A DNA stretch of 64,000 nucleotides from Pelagomonas calceolata. Its lineage: Eukaryota. The notes below the pieces were generated by a model, which saw only the letters and a list, made by a program, of their open reading frames with translations, was not told the DNA's origin and searched no databases. Shown here piece by piece: positions 1 through 11,124 of the stretch; position 1 is the stretch's first letter, and each line of letters opens with the position of its first letter. The stretch spans positions 496,001 through 560,000 of the forward strand of contig CAKKNE010000002.1 of NCBI GenBank assembly GCA_918797485.1, given 5' to 3'. A program made the translations under genes and the position numbers.

Positions 1-164
1 CGGGAGCGCGCATCCGCTCACAAAAAAAATCGAGAATGCCCTACGACAGTCGCGAGCCGCGCTCCGCGCCTGCGAGACGCCGTCCGCTGGGTAAGACGCG
101 TCCCGCAAAAGGAAGAATAAACTAAATATCTTACAAAGACCAGAGCAAAAAAATCATGGTCTCA

Positions 165-2411
165 TCACTCCTCGGCGAGGTACGACACGGGCAGCATCCC
201 GCGGGCCCCGTCCGACGTGACGACGTCCGCCCAGCCGTCCTCGTGCGTCTCGAGAATGTTGACGGCGTCGCCCTCCGCGGCGGACAGCTGCCACGGCTCC
301 GCGGCGTCGTACGGGTGCGCCACGCGCGCGGGCCGCGAGGGCGGCTCCGGGGCGCGCGGCGGCGGCGGCGGCGGTTTCGGTTTCGGTGGTGGTGGCGGCG
401 GCTTCGGCTTCGCCGCGACGGGCGCCGGATCGGGCTGGGGTGGTGGTGACGGCGGCTTCGGCTGCGCCGGGACGGCGGGCAGCGGCACCGCCGCGGGCCG
501 CGGCGCCGGCGCCGGCGCGGCGAGGGCCGCGGCCGCGGGCCACGGCGCCGCCTTGGGCTGCGCCGGCACCGAAGGCGGCGTCGGCAGCGGCATCGCCGCG
601 CGCGCGGGGACCGGCGGCGCGGGCGCGGGCGGCGCCGCCCACGCCGGCTGCTGCACGGGCGCCGGAGGCGGCGCGGGCGCCGGCGCCGCGGGCAGCTCGA
701 CGTCGGCGAACGGGTCGTGGCCGTCCCGCGACATCGACGCGAGGCTCCTCAGCTGCGGCCGCGCGGGGACGACCGGCGCCGGCGCCACTGGCGCGACCGG
801 CGCCACCGGCGCCGGCGCGGGCCGCTCGCCGGCGCGGACGCCGGCGACGGCCTCGTCGTAGAGCGCCGCGAGGTCGACGCCCGGCAGCGCCCTCGCGACG
901 GCCGCCTGGTTCGCAGGGGACGCGGCGTAGAGCGGCTGCGCCCGCAGCAGGTCGTCGACGACGCGGCGGTAGGCCGCGGCGGCGCCGGCGGCGTCGCCGC
1001 GGGCTGCGCAGCGCTTGCCCTCGGCCTGGTTGTCGAGCGCGGACCGGACGGCCGCGACGACGGGCGCGTCGGCCGCCGGCGGCGGCACGGCGAGCAGCGG
1101 CGCCGGCTCGGGCAGCGCCGGCGCCGGCGCCGCCGGCGCGGGCTCCAGGTCCAGGCCCAGCAGGTCGACGACGGGCCGCGCGGGCGGCGCCGGCGCCGGT
1201 GCCGCGGGCGGCGCGCCGCCCGCGCCGCTCGGCCGCCGCGGCGCGCGCGGCCGCCGGACCGTGAGCTCGAAGGGCCGCCGCGCCGTGGCCAGCAGCCGGC
1301 CCAGGCGGTCCGCGTCCAGGTACGGGATCGGCTGCCCGTCCAGCGCCGTGAGCTCGTCGCCTACCCTTAACCCGACGCGCTCCAGCGCGCCGCCTACCCT
1401 TGAGACGACGACGCGACCGTCGTCGCCGCCCGCGCGCAGGTGCCGCGACACCTCCGCCGAGTCCGCGCAGCACACGCATAGTAGGGTTGCCGCGTCCGAG
1501 TCCTCGCCCACGCGCAGCAGCATGCCCGCGCGCCCGGCTGCCGCGTAGATGGCGCGGCACCAGTCGGCCGCCGTCGCCGCGTCGTCGGCCGCGAGCATCG
1601 CGAGCGTCGTCCGCGGCGCCGCCGACGGCTGCGACGCGGCCTGGGCCGCCGTGCTATAGACGGCGAAGACGTGAGCCTTGCCCTGGTGTGCCGGCTCGCG
1701 CAGCGCGTAGCAGCCCCAGACGCTCACGCCCTTCAGGGGCGCTTGTTGTAATGCTGCGTCGTGTGGCGCCGCGTCCTCGGCGTACCCGAGCTCGCAGTTG
1801 CGCAATATGAATGAACGGCGCTGCCAGCGCGCGCCTCGTAGTGAAGATGCTCTACTAAGCTTGTATAATTTGCCGGCCTTTTTCACGCGGGCCGCAGAGT
1901 CGTACTCGCGCGCGACGGAGCGCTGTTGTGAATTTGCGCGCGGCCTTGTTGTGTTCACAGCCGTCGCGACGGGCACCGTCGCCACGACCGGCGTAGGCTG
2001 TTCCGCGCCGCCACTCAAACAGTACTGCGTCGCCGCTTCCAGGTTGTCGCAGCGCTCGGCGGCCTCGAAGATTAGGGGTGCTTCGAAGCCCATCTCCCTT
2101 AATTTCCCGACCACTTCATCCAGCGAGTTGTGCCGCCCGCTCCGGCGCCGCTCGTCCTCCTCGAGGCGCCGCGCCGCCATTTCATCGTCCGTGGTGCCGC
2201 GCCGCGCCTGCGGTCTGGACGGCGGCGCCTCGCCCTGCGCAAAAAAAGCGTCGAGCGCGCTCTCCAGACCCCCGCCGTGCGCCTTGACGGCGTCGAGGTA
2301 GCGCGTCGCTGTCGCGTGGTCGACGCCCGTGAGCTCGGCGAACTGGCGCACGTCCGGTGGGACAGAGGGCGCGGCGCTGAAGGGGTCGAGGTCGAGGAGG
2401 TCCTGGCGCAT
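165..2411 (-). CDS. Multidomain adaptor protein (UBA-like, UBA, PH, PDZ, Pro-rich, C-terminal SH3)
   Basis: 748-aa ATG ORF. PH-like KKAGKLYK...WQRRSFIL...AADWCRAI, PDZ-like ERVGLRVGDELTALDG, SH3 VAHPYDA..WQLS..EGD..DGW...GMLPVSYL. Confidence 0.75.
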   Translation of the reverse strand: MRQDLLDLDPFSAAPSVPPDVRQFAELTGVDHATATRYLDAVKAHGGGLESALDAFFAQGEAPPSRPQARRGTTDDEMAARRLEEDERRRSGRHNSLDEVVGKLREMGFEAPLIFEAAERCDNLEAATQYCLSGGAEQPTPVVATVPVATAVNTTRPRANSQQRSVAREYDSAARVKKAGKLYKLSRASSLRGARWQRRSFILRNCELGYAEDAAPHDAALQQAPLKGVSVWGCYALREPAHQGKAHVFAVYSTAAQAASQPSAAPRTTLAMLAADDAATAADWCRAIYAAAGRAGMLLRVGEDSDAATLLCVCCADSAEVSRHLRAGGDDGRVVVSRVGGALERVGLRVGDELTALDGQPIPYLDADRLGRLLATARRPFELTVRRPRAPRRPSGAGGAPPAAPAPAPPARPVVDLLGLDLEPAPAAPAPALPEPAPLLAVPPPAADAPVVAAVRSALDNQAEGKRCAARGDAAGAAAAYRRVVDDLLRAQPLYAASPANQAAVARALPGVDLAALYDEAVAGVRAGERPAPAPVAPVAPVAPAPVVPARPQLRSLASMSRDGHDPFADVELPAAPAPAPPPAPVQQPAWAAPPAPAPPVPARAAMPLPTPPSVPAQPKAAPWPAAAALAAPAPAPRPAAVPLPAVPAQPKPPSPPPQPDPAPVAAKPKPPPPPPKPKPPPPPPRAPEPPSRPARVAHPYDAAEPWQLSAAEGDAVNILETHEDGWADVVTSDGARGMLPVSYLAEE

Positions 2412-2895
2412 CGCTCCCTTTTCAGATGGCTACAGAGACCTCCTTTAGGGGTGTGCCTCTTTTTGCCTTCTACTTGCGCTGCAATTTCTGTCACAAGAAA
2501 CAGCCGCAGCGGTGCTCAGCGACGAGTGATGTGTCCTCAACACCTATGCCGCGCTTGGAATTTGCCGTAAATGGCGTCTTGGACGCCGCCTCGATTGACT
2601 CTCAGGCGCGCGCGGGTTCTCCGACGACACCTCCGGCGCCCTGCACGGTTCCGCCCGGCAGCCCGGGACGGATCCGACGCCCCGCGAACCCGCACGGGAG
2701 TTACAAAGCCCGACACTATAGCGCGACCGGCGCTGATAAAAAGCCGGGGCAACGCGGCCTGCGCGCGCGTTGGAGGCTGCCCCACGCCTTACCAGCAACG
2801 CGGCTGTACCGACAAAGCTGCCCGGCCCGGCGAGCCAGCCGTCCCAAGGTAGAACGAGGTAGAGGCACCCAGCCCCAATAACGCGACGCGCCGCG

Positions 2896-5830
2896 ATGGC
2901 CGACGACGAGAACGAACAGACGACCCCCCACTGGGGCACGAGCGCCCCGGACTATGAGGGCGAGGACCCGGAAAACGAGATCGAACTCGACCCGAACATG
3001 GCCGAGCTGCCGCTCTTCGCCGGGCTCGAGGCGAAGAAGATTTTTGCCGATATTGAGAAGCAGCGCGAGAAGCTCGAGAAGGCCCAGGCCGACTACGCGG
3101 ACCATGAGGAGCGTTATAAAGTCATGGTCGAGCACCTGAAGAATGTCCGGCAAGAAGTTCAGCACACGGAGGGCTTAGCTTCCGCCAAGAGGGCCGAGGT
3201 CGCGTCCGAGGACCACCTGGCCCAGATGGCTAAAAGAGAGGCCGGGAGATATAGGCAGGAACTCAAACGGGAGCAGCAGGAGCTCGAGGCGATCGATAGC
3301 ACGCTCAACGCGCTCCAGAACCAGGTCTTCGGGGCCAACGAGAAGATGGACGGCTTTAAGTTGCAGATGAACTGGAACCAGGAGGAGTTGGAACAGTGGG
3401 CCCTGGCCTCGAAGCAGAAAGAAGAAGATAACTTGGCTATAGAAAAGTATACGAGGGCCGATGAAGCCAAAATAAATCAGCTAGCCCTGCAGATCGAGAA
3501 ATTGACGAAGCGCGATCTAGAAATTCAAGCGCAAGTGGAAGCGGAAGCGACCGAAACCTCTTCCAGACAGATTGAATTGGATCGCACGGCGGAAGAATTT
3601 CGGGTCCTACATGCGGAGCGCCAGAAGCTCGTCCAGCAGTGGAAGGAGACCATCGAAGTGGCGGCTAGACGCGATCAAGACATCACGAAGACGGCGACGG
3701 AGTACGTCCAGCAAAAACAGGCCAAAGAGGTGGTTGACGTCGATCTGAAGGCGGCGCGGGAAGACCTCGACAAGGTCCAGGCCCTGCACGGCGAACTCCA
3801 GACCGAGGTCACGGCGCGCGAGCGCCAGTTGCAAGCTCGCAGAGAATTTCTACTGTCGGAACAGGAAAGAAAAAAGAAACTCGAGGAGGAGATCGACATC
3901 ATCAAGACGGAGCTCGTGCGATACGGCGTCCTTTCGCCTTCTTACGCCATCGACGCGACTCATGTCCATGAGACGAGGTCGTGGGTGGTTTCTTTTTCGA
4001 GTTTGAGCTGTTTCGGACCGCGTCGGGGCCGTCGCGGCGTGTCAGAGAGACAGCGGCTTCACGAGACAGTGCCGCCGCGACGCCGTCGTCGCGATCCCAC
4101 GAGAGTCGACGTGGTCATCAGGACGCCGTCGACGCGATGCCACATCACCGCGATGCTCCGCGCAGGCGAACAGCGCTCGCACACTAGCTCGTCGTAGAGC
4201 GGAGATGGAGCGCGAGAAGGACGAGGTCGTCCAGCGGAAGACGCAACTCGAACAGGTGCGGAAGCTGTACCACGCCGCGAAGCGCGACTACGCCGGCACG
4301 GACGAAAAGCTCGCCATCGTCGAGAAGGACGCGTCCGCCGCGGAGAAGATTTTGAAGGATGCCGAGAACGAGGAAGTTGCGGAACAAAGGAAACTGCAAA
4401 CCCTGAAGGAGAAGATGTTCAAGGCGAGTCAGGAATTGTTCGACCTCCGGCAGATCGAGGCCTCGACGATTGCCGAGATTTCTGGTTCGCAATCTCAGGT
4501 CAAGAATCTAAGACATAAGATTCGCGCTTTAGATAAGGAGTCCGTGAAGCAGGCCGAGCTCATCTATAACGCGGAGTACGAGATTCAGTTGATGGAGCGC
4601 AAATTAAGTGTAGTGAAAGGGGAGCGGTCCGACGCGGAGAAGAAGGCCCTGACGGCGCAGATCGAGAAGTGCAAGGAGGAGTTGAAGGAAGCGAAGGACC
4701 AGCAGAAGTTCCTAGTCAATCAGACGCGCAAAGTCAACAACGAGTACACGCGAGCGCGGAGACGCGAGGAGGAGGCCGAGAGGGACAAGGTCAAGCTACG
4801 AGAGCGCATCAACACGGTCGAGATGGAAAGCAACGCCGTGGAACTGGATTTGAAGCAGTACACGGAGGAGGAGCAGGAGGCCATGGTTGCCAACGATGTC
4901 ATGAGGCTCGAGATCAAGAGATTGAGAGATCAACTGTCGGAACGGGCCGACAAGGTCTTCACGCTCGAGAACCGGAAGCAGCAGTTGAAACTAAGCATGG
5001 CGGAGCGCAAGAAGGAGATTGCGGTCCATTCCGATGTCCAGGCCGTACAATTAAGGTTAGCGGAGGAGGAGGTCCACAAGGTGAAGATGGAGGTCAATGG
5101 GCGCAAGGCGCAGATCAACATGCTCGCGGCGAAGTACGAGAAAGTTGTGAAAAGTTCTTCTGTCAGGTCAGAGGAAGGCGGGGAGCCGAAGTCGCAAGCC
5201 TACTACATGATTCAAGCGGCGCAAAAGAGAGAAGAGTTGCAGAGACAGGGCGACGAGTTGGATCAGGAAATCAGGAGGCGGGAGCGGGAGATGCGCGCTT
5301 TGGAAGCTACGTTAAGGCACGTCAACGTGCGAAACACGAAGTATCGCACGTCCTTCCAAAAAGCCAACATGAAGAGCGGCGAGGCCGAGGACATGAAGCA
5401 GCTCGAAGAACAGGCGAAATTGGCCGCGGATGCCTTGTTTAGAAGGAAGAAGGAGCTCCAACGGTTGGCCACCGACTTCGAGGAAGATGACCGGAGGTTG
5501 AGGCAGGTCGAAGGGCAATGTACCAGATTGGAAGAACGGAACGGCCATTTGGCCGAGGCGAAGCAGCAGATGGAGGTCGAGCTCGCGGCGCAGGACGAGG
5601 CCTTGGAGAAGCACGACGAGCGGTTATCTAGACTGTCGGCGCTGCATCGCGGCGACGGCGAGGAGGAGACGGTGCAGGAGAAGCACTTCCGGGCGGAAGG
5701 TCTCCGAGATGCGACAAAGTCGGTACTTAGAACGCTCGGGGATTTGGCCAAGGCGTACCCGGAGTTGAAGGACGTGCTCAACGCGACGCTGCAGGACCAC
5801 GGCCTGCACCCGGAACTGCTGGCCGGGTAA
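2896..5830 (+). CDS. CCDC39: Coiled-coil domain protein 39 (axonemal ruler), 2 exons 2896-3915 and 4166-5830
   Basis: Motifs HLKNVRQE, KLQMNWNQEELEQW, KSQAYYMIQAAQKREELQRQGDELD. A phase-0 GT-AG intron joins the two long ORFs in frame. Confidence 0.9.
3916..4165 (+). other. Spliceosomal intron (250 nt) carrying the introner-family internal motif
   Basis: GT..CGCAG, restores the CCDC39 frame. Contains ACGCCATCGACGCGAC at 3944 and a variant near 4123. Confidence 0.85.
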
Positions 5831-5952
5831 TAACGTTTGTTTTTCGGAATCGTTTTTTTCCTGCGGCGACGGCGTGTAGCCAAGTTACGGTGCTAGGACT
5901 AGTGCCATAGTACCCGTAGTAGTGGGCGGCGCCCCTGCCCGGGCTGGGGGAG

Positions 5953-5983
5953 AGACACCGCGCGTCGCCGCTTCATCGGCGGC
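5953..5983 (+). repeat. Dispersed 31-bp repeat, copy 1
   Basis: AGACACCGCGCGTCGCCGCTTCATCGGCGGC, 29/31 identical to 7785-7815. Confidence 0.85.
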
Positions 5984-6065
5984 TGACGCGTGCCGTGTTT
6001 TTCATCACAGCATACCTCTCTCTAAACAGAACCGCCTCGGCAAACGGCGTCCTCCGATAATCCCC

Positions 6066-6087
6066 CTAGTGTCTTACCGGTCGCTAG
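6066..6087 (-). promoter_or_regulatory. CTAG-bracketed intergenic motif
   Basis: Reverse complement CTAGCGACCGGTAAGACACTAG, upstream of the kinase gene. Confidence 0.55.
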
Positions 6088-6187
6088 ACTCCAGGATTAT
6101 CGTCGCCTCCTCGCCCAAGAACGCCCCCTAGCAAGCGACCAGCAAGCGGCCGCGCTGCCGCAAGCGGTCTGGCATCCGGCATTGGCA

Positions 6188-6291
6188 GGGTGCTGAGGGT
6201 GCGTGGGTGCTGAGGGTGCGTGGTGTTGTTGAGGGCGCTGAGGGTGATCTGGGAGCGTGGGCTCTGAGGTTGCGTGGGTGCTGAGAGTGCG
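6188..6291 (+). repeat. Degenerate 17-bp minisatellite (GGGTGCTGAGGGTGCGT)
   Basis: Two exact units at 6188-6221 followed by degenerate units. Confidence 0.8.
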
Positions 6292-6394
6292 AGTGCCTGT
6301 GCCTCTTACTACGTGGCCCTGGCAGGCTTCACACGCTCTGCAAGTATCTGCGGGCGGGCGGCCGTGCTGATCGCGGGCGGGCGGCCGCGCTGAT

Positions 6395-7648
6395 ATGTCC
6401 GGACACGTCATCGCGGCGGCCGAGGCCGCGGCGCGCCTCAAGCTCGAGACGTACGAGTCCACGTTCGAGGTCGAGGCGCCGGGCACGGGCCGGCTGGGCG
6501 TGGCGTTCCGCGACTCGAGCGAGCTCTGGACGGTGACGCCGGGCGGCGCGCTGCACCGGCTCGGCGTCTATCCGGGCTGCTTGCTGCTGCGGGCGAACGG
6601 CCGGCCCTGCGGCGCGACGGACGAGTCAGCATTACAGGCGCTCGAGGCCGCGGCGGCGGACGGCGACGAGGTCCGCGTCCTACTCTTCGCGCGGCCGCCG
6701 CCGCCGCAGGTCCCCGGCGAGTGCCGCGCGCCGCGGCGGTCGCCGCCGGCCGAGCTGCTACGCGGCGACGACGGCCGCGGGCGGCGCGCGCGGACGTCGC
6801 GGGACTCCCTCGACGGGGAAGATTGTTTCATCAAGACCCTGCGGGACCACGCCACGGCCCTCGAGGCGCGCGATCTGCTCCGCGAAGCTGCGGTTTTGGC
6901 GCGCCTCGCGCCGCACCCGCACGTCGCCCGCCTTGTGGCCTGGTCCGCGCCGGACTCGGTGCCGTGGGCGGCCCTTGCGCGCGTCCCCGGCCAGGACCTG
7001 GAAAGTTACCTGAAGGAGGAGTCGTTCGTCGAGCGCGTGGGCGCGGCGCCGCGCTGGACGCTGGAAACGGCGCTCGAGGTGGCGCGCCACGTGGCTTCCG
7101 CGCTGGCGCACTGCCATTCGTCGGCGGCCCTCGGCGGCCCTCCATTGCTGCACCGCGACGTCAAGCCGGCGAACGTCGTCCTCGAGGCGCTGCCCGCGAT
7201 CCCGCTGCCGTCCACAAAACACCGGTCGCGCTTCTCCTTCGGCGACGCGCCGCCGCTGCGATTCCGGGCGACACTCGTGGACTTTGGCTTGTGCGCGGTG
7301 CTCGACGACCGCCGCGCGCTCACGGCGCACACGGGCTCGCCTCGTTACATGGCGCCCGAGAACGCGCTCTCCTCCTCATACAGTACGCCGTCGGACGTCT
7401 ACTCCGCGGCGCTCGTCGCCTGGGCCGCGTGTTCACGAAGACAGCCGTTCCGCGACCTCAGCACCAAGGAGCACGCGGAAAAGGTCATCGGCGGGCGCCT
7501 GCGCCCGCCGCCCCTCGCGGACGCGCCGCCCGAGCTCGACGACCTGCTTTCCCGCGCGTGGGCGCCCGACCCTTCGTCGCGGCCCGACGCCGCGGACTTC
7601 TCCGACGGCCTCGCCGAGGCGCTCGTCGCGGTGCGCTTCGGCGAATAG
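6395..7648 (+). CDS. PDZ-like domain plus protein kinase (TKL-like)
   Basis: HRDVKPAN, DFG, GSPRYMAPE, SDVYS motifs. No clear GxGxxG loop. Confidence 0.85.
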   Translation: MSGHVIAAAEAAARLKLETYESTFEVEAPGTGRLGVAFRDSSELWTVTPGGALHRLGVYPGCLLLRANGRPCGATDESALQALEAAAADGDEVRVLLFARPPPPQVPGECRAPRRSPPAELLRGDDGRGRRARTSRDSLDGEDCFIKTLRDHATALEARDLLREAAVLARLAPHPHVARLVAWSAPDSVPWAALARVPGQDLESYLKEESFVERVGAAPRWTLETALEVARHVASALAHCHSSAALGGPPLLHRDVKPANVVLEALPAIPLPSTKHRSRFSFGDAPPLRFRATLVDFGLCAVLDDRRALTAHTGSPRYMAPENALSSSYSTPSDVYSAALVAWAACSRRQPFRDLSTKEHAEKVIGGRLRPPPLADAPPELDDLLSRAWAPDPSSRPDAADFSDGLAEALVAVRFGE

Positions 7649-7784
7649 CTTAGTCTATTCCGCCGGCGCCGCGTTGCTGCCTCCTCTCCCGATTTTACCC
7701 AAACAACGCCAACACGTCATTTCCCCCTTGTGTATAGTTCTATGTGACGGAACTAGGACTGGGGGGCGGAGCCCCTAGGGGTTT

Positions 7785-7815
7785 AGACACCGCGCGTCGC
7801 CGAATCATCGGCGGC
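7785..7815 (+). repeat. Dispersed 31-bp repeat, copy 2
   Basis: AGACACCGCGCGTCGCCGAATCATCGGCGGC, followed shortly by a long T run. Confidence 0.85.
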
Positions 7816-7853
7816 GAGGCGTGCGGCGGCGAGGCGTGCGTTTTTTTTTTTTG

Positions 7854-7875
7854 CTAGTGTGTTACAGGCCGCTAG
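7854..7875 (-). promoter_or_regulatory. CTAG-bracketed intergenic motif
   Basis: Reverse complement CTAGCGGCCTGTAACACACTAG, about 190 bp upstream of the TrxR ATG. Confidence 0.55.
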
Positions 7876-8064
7876 ATAATCGAGCAACTCGCTGCTGGCT
7901 GAATATTCGAAAGTTACGCGGCGCATCGCTCCGCTACAAGGCAGAGAGCGAGAGGCGTTGCAAGCACCGCTGCTACCGCTGAGCAGAGACCGCTGCCGAG
8001 GCTTGCGCGGCCTGCCAGCACGACGCGCGCCTTCCTCCTCCTCGTCTGCGCGCTGGGCCCCGCG

Positions 8065-9891
8065 ATGGCCGGCAAGCGCCTCCTGACGGTCTGCGGCTGG
8101 ACCGGCTGCAAGTTCTACCAGAAGGCCAAGGGCGTCGCGACGGCGCTCAGCGCGCTCTACCCCGCGGACTACGAGGCCCGGCTCGACGAGTCGCCGGACC
8201 GCGATACGTACAGAGGCAAGCTCGACGCCCTGCGCCAGAAGACGCCGACCGACGCCAAGGCCCAGTCGCACACGTCCTCGCCATTAGTTTTCCTCACGGA
8301 GGGCGGCGCCACTTCCTATTTAGGCGGCTGCGACGACACCGTGGCCTGGGCGCGCGCTCGTTTATCTCCGAGTACGACCGAGAACGGATCAAATGGCATC
8401 TGCAACCAGAACGACGGCTTCACGAAGGACCACGGTTTTGATTATGATGTGGTCGTCATCGGGGGCGGCTCGGGCGGCCTCGCGTGCTCGAAGGAAATGG
8501 CCAAGCTCGGCGCGAAAGTAGCGGTACTGGACTACGTCAAACCAAGCCCGCAGGGCACGAAGTGGGGTTTAGGTGGTACCTGCGTCAATGTGGGATGCAT
8601 CCCGAAAAAACTCATGCACACGGCGGCGATCCTGGGCGAGGCGATGCGCGACGACGCGGCGGCCTTCGGCTGGGCGTCGCCCGATGTCAAACACAACTGG
8701 GCGGCCATGCGCGAGCGCGTCCAGAACCACATCAAGTCGCTGAACTTCCAGTATAGGGTTGCTTTGCGCGAGGCCGGCATCTCGTACCTGAACAAGCTGG
8801 GCGAGTTCGCGGGCCCGAACACGCTCAAGGTGACGGACAAGAAGGGCAAGGTCACGCAAATTACATCGGCGCGCTTCGTCGTCGCCGTGGGCGGCCGGCC
8901 GAACCGCCTCGATATCCCGGGCGGCGAGCACGCTATTGATTCCGACGACATCTTTTCATTGGAGAAGGCGCCGGGCCGCGTGCTATGCATCGGGGCGGGC
9001 TACATCGCGCTGGAATGCGGCGGCTTCGTGAACGGTTTGGGCTCGTCGACCACAGCCATGGTCCGGTCGATTCTGCTAAGGGGCTTCGACCGCGAATGCG
9101 TCGACAAGATCCAGACGCACCTCGTCGCGCATGGGGTGAAGTTGCAGATCGGCGTCACTCCCACAAAAATCGAGAAGAATGGGGATGTCCTGACGGTGCA
9201 CGGCTCCGACGGGTCGGTCAACGAGTACGACACGGTCCTCGTCGCGACGGGCCGCAAGGCCGACACGACGGGCCTTGGGTTGGATAACGTGCCGGGGGCG
9301 GCCAAGGATGTTGCGCAAAACGGCAAGCTCAAGGCCGTCGACGAGCAGCTGCCCCACGCGCCGCACGTCTACGCCATCGGCGACGTGTTGGACGGCCGGC
9401 CCGAGCTGACGCCCGTCGCCATCGAGGCGGGCCTGCGCCTCGCGCGGCGCCTCTTCGGCGCTGGCAATGAACGCATGGACTACGAGAACGTCGCCACGAC
9501 GGTCTTCACGCCCCTGGAATACGGCGCCATCGGCCTGAGCGAGGACGAGGCGACCGAATCGTTGGGCGCCGAGAACGTCGAGTGCTACATCTCCGAGTTC
9601 ACGCCCTTAGAACACGCGCTCTCCGACGCGCGGTCGGCGCGCGGCGACGCCGCCTTCGCGAAGCTCGTCTGCGACAAGACGCAGGACCTGAAGGTCATCG
9701 GCTTCCACTACCTCGGCCCGAACGCCGGCGAGATCACGCAGGGCTTCTCCGTCGCCATGCGCAAGGGCGCGACCTACGGCGACTTCCTCGGCACGGTCGG
9801 CATCCACCCCACCGTCGCCGAGGAGTTCACGACGCTCACGGTCACGAAGGCGAGCGGCGCCTCGGCGGCCAAGGGCGGCTGCTGAGGTTAG
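8065..9891 (+). CDS. Selenoprotein thioredoxin reductase with N-terminal glutaredoxin-like domain (TGR-like), Sec codon TGA at 9883-9885
   Basis: GGGSGG, GGTCVNVGCIPKK, IHPTVAEE. Ends GGC TGC TGA GGT TAG = G-C-U-G-stop, with a SECIS downstream. Confidence 0.93.
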
Positions 9892-9962
9892 GGACCGCCG
9901 CGGTTCGTTCGAACCGCGGCGCGCCGGCCGTTCGATCCGTCGGGCGGCCGGCACGTCCCGAC

Positions 9963-10024
9963 CGGCGCGCGCACCCATGACGGCGCGGGACTTCTCCTAG
10001 TAGGTCCCGCGCCCGACGGCGCCG
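9963..10024 (+). promoter_or_regulatory. SECIS element
   Basis: ATGAC (9977-9981), stem GGCGCGGGAC/GTCCCGCGCC, CGAC (10014-10017), helix I CGGCGC/GCGCCG. Confidence 0.85.
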
Positions 10025-10155
10025 CCACCCACCCGTTTCCCTCCCTCTCCCCCCTAGTGTAACTTAGTGACTCGCAATGTCGTCGCGCTCGCGTGAACCA
10101 GTACTCGTATGAAACTTAGTGACAACCGGAATGAAACGTTCGGTCGTCGTAAAAC

Positions 10156-10971
10156 TCAGTACTCGAGCGCCGCCCAGGCGCCGTCGTGGTCCGACTCGGG
10201 CGTGTGCAGGTAGCCCGCGGCCACGACGCGCGCCGCGGCCGCCAGCACGTCGTAGCGCCGCGGCGCGTCGACGCCGACCGCGCCGGCGAGCCGCGCGAGG
10301 CGGTGGCCGATACCACTTTCCGTCGTCCGCGCGAAGAAGTGCGTGTCCGCCGGGGCGCGCGCGTGCGCGTCGCGGGCGCCCGCCCGTGTTAACGGAAGCA
10401 GCATGCTGGCGAGGTCCCGCGCCTGGCGGCCGCGGTCGAGCGCGAAGCAGTTCGTGTCGCCGCCCGCTAGGAGGACGTCGCGCCGCGGCGGCGGCGCCGC
10501 GGCGACGGCCGCCGCGAGCTGCCCGGCGCGGTGCGCGTTGTCGCCCGCGGCGTCGAGGTGCAGGTTCAGCGTGAAGAGCGGCCGCGCGGCGCGGGCCCGC
10601 AGGCGCACGGCCAGCGCGCGCTTCGTCTCCGGCGCGCCGCCTTTAATGTAGAGCCGCTCGTGCGGCGCGAGCGCCGCGAGCGCGGGCAGCGGCACGGCCC
10701 TCACGTCGACGGCGGCGTAGCGCCGCGCGTCGTAGACCGTCGCGAGGCGCGGCTCCGTCGGGCAGCGCGCGACTCCGTCGAGGCCCAGCGCCCGGGCGAC
10801 CTCGTCGGCCGCGCCGTCGACGTCCTCTTGCAGCAGCGCGACGCCGACGCCGCCGTGGCGCGCGGCCGCGCGCGCGAACCGCCGGTAGCGCGGCAGCAGC
10901 TGGTCGAGGTGGAGAGCATCCATCAAATTGTGCGTGAGCGCGACGAAGCGCGACGGGCGGCGGAAGAGCAT
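10156..10971 (-). CDS. Endonuclease/exonuclease/phosphatase (EEP) family protein
   Basis: THN, LLQE, NLHLD, GGDTN, RYD, SDH motifs. First ATG at 10971. Confidence 0.8.
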   Translation of the reverse strand: MLFRRPSRFVALTHNLMDALHLDQLLPRYRRFARAAARHGGVGVALLQEDVDGAADEVARALGLDGVARCPTEPRLATVYDARRYAAVDVRAVPLPALAALAPHERLYIKGGAPETKRALAVRLRARAARPLFTLNLHLDAAGDNAHRAGQLAAAVAAAPPPRRDVLLAGGDTNCFALDRGRQARDLASMLLPLTRAGARDAHARAPADTHFFARTTESGIGHRLARLAGAVGVDAPRRYDVLAAAARVVAAGYLHTPESDHDGAWAALEY

Positions 10972-11124
10972 GGTCTGCAGCCTTGTCCGCAACACCGCGG
11001 CTCTCTGTGAGTATGTATGAGAGCACTCCTGCCTGCAGCGATCAAGAGCCTTCAAATTGCAATGCGTGGACAGCGGAGGCCTCGTGGGGCCGCCTTAAAG
11101 CCTAAACTTGGAGAGCAGGTCGAC

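Noticed and set aside
154..1560. Long Arg/Ala/Gly-rich alternative-frame ORFs, here and throughout the window
   Set aside because: Shadow ORFs caused by very high GC, overlapping genes with recognisable motifs
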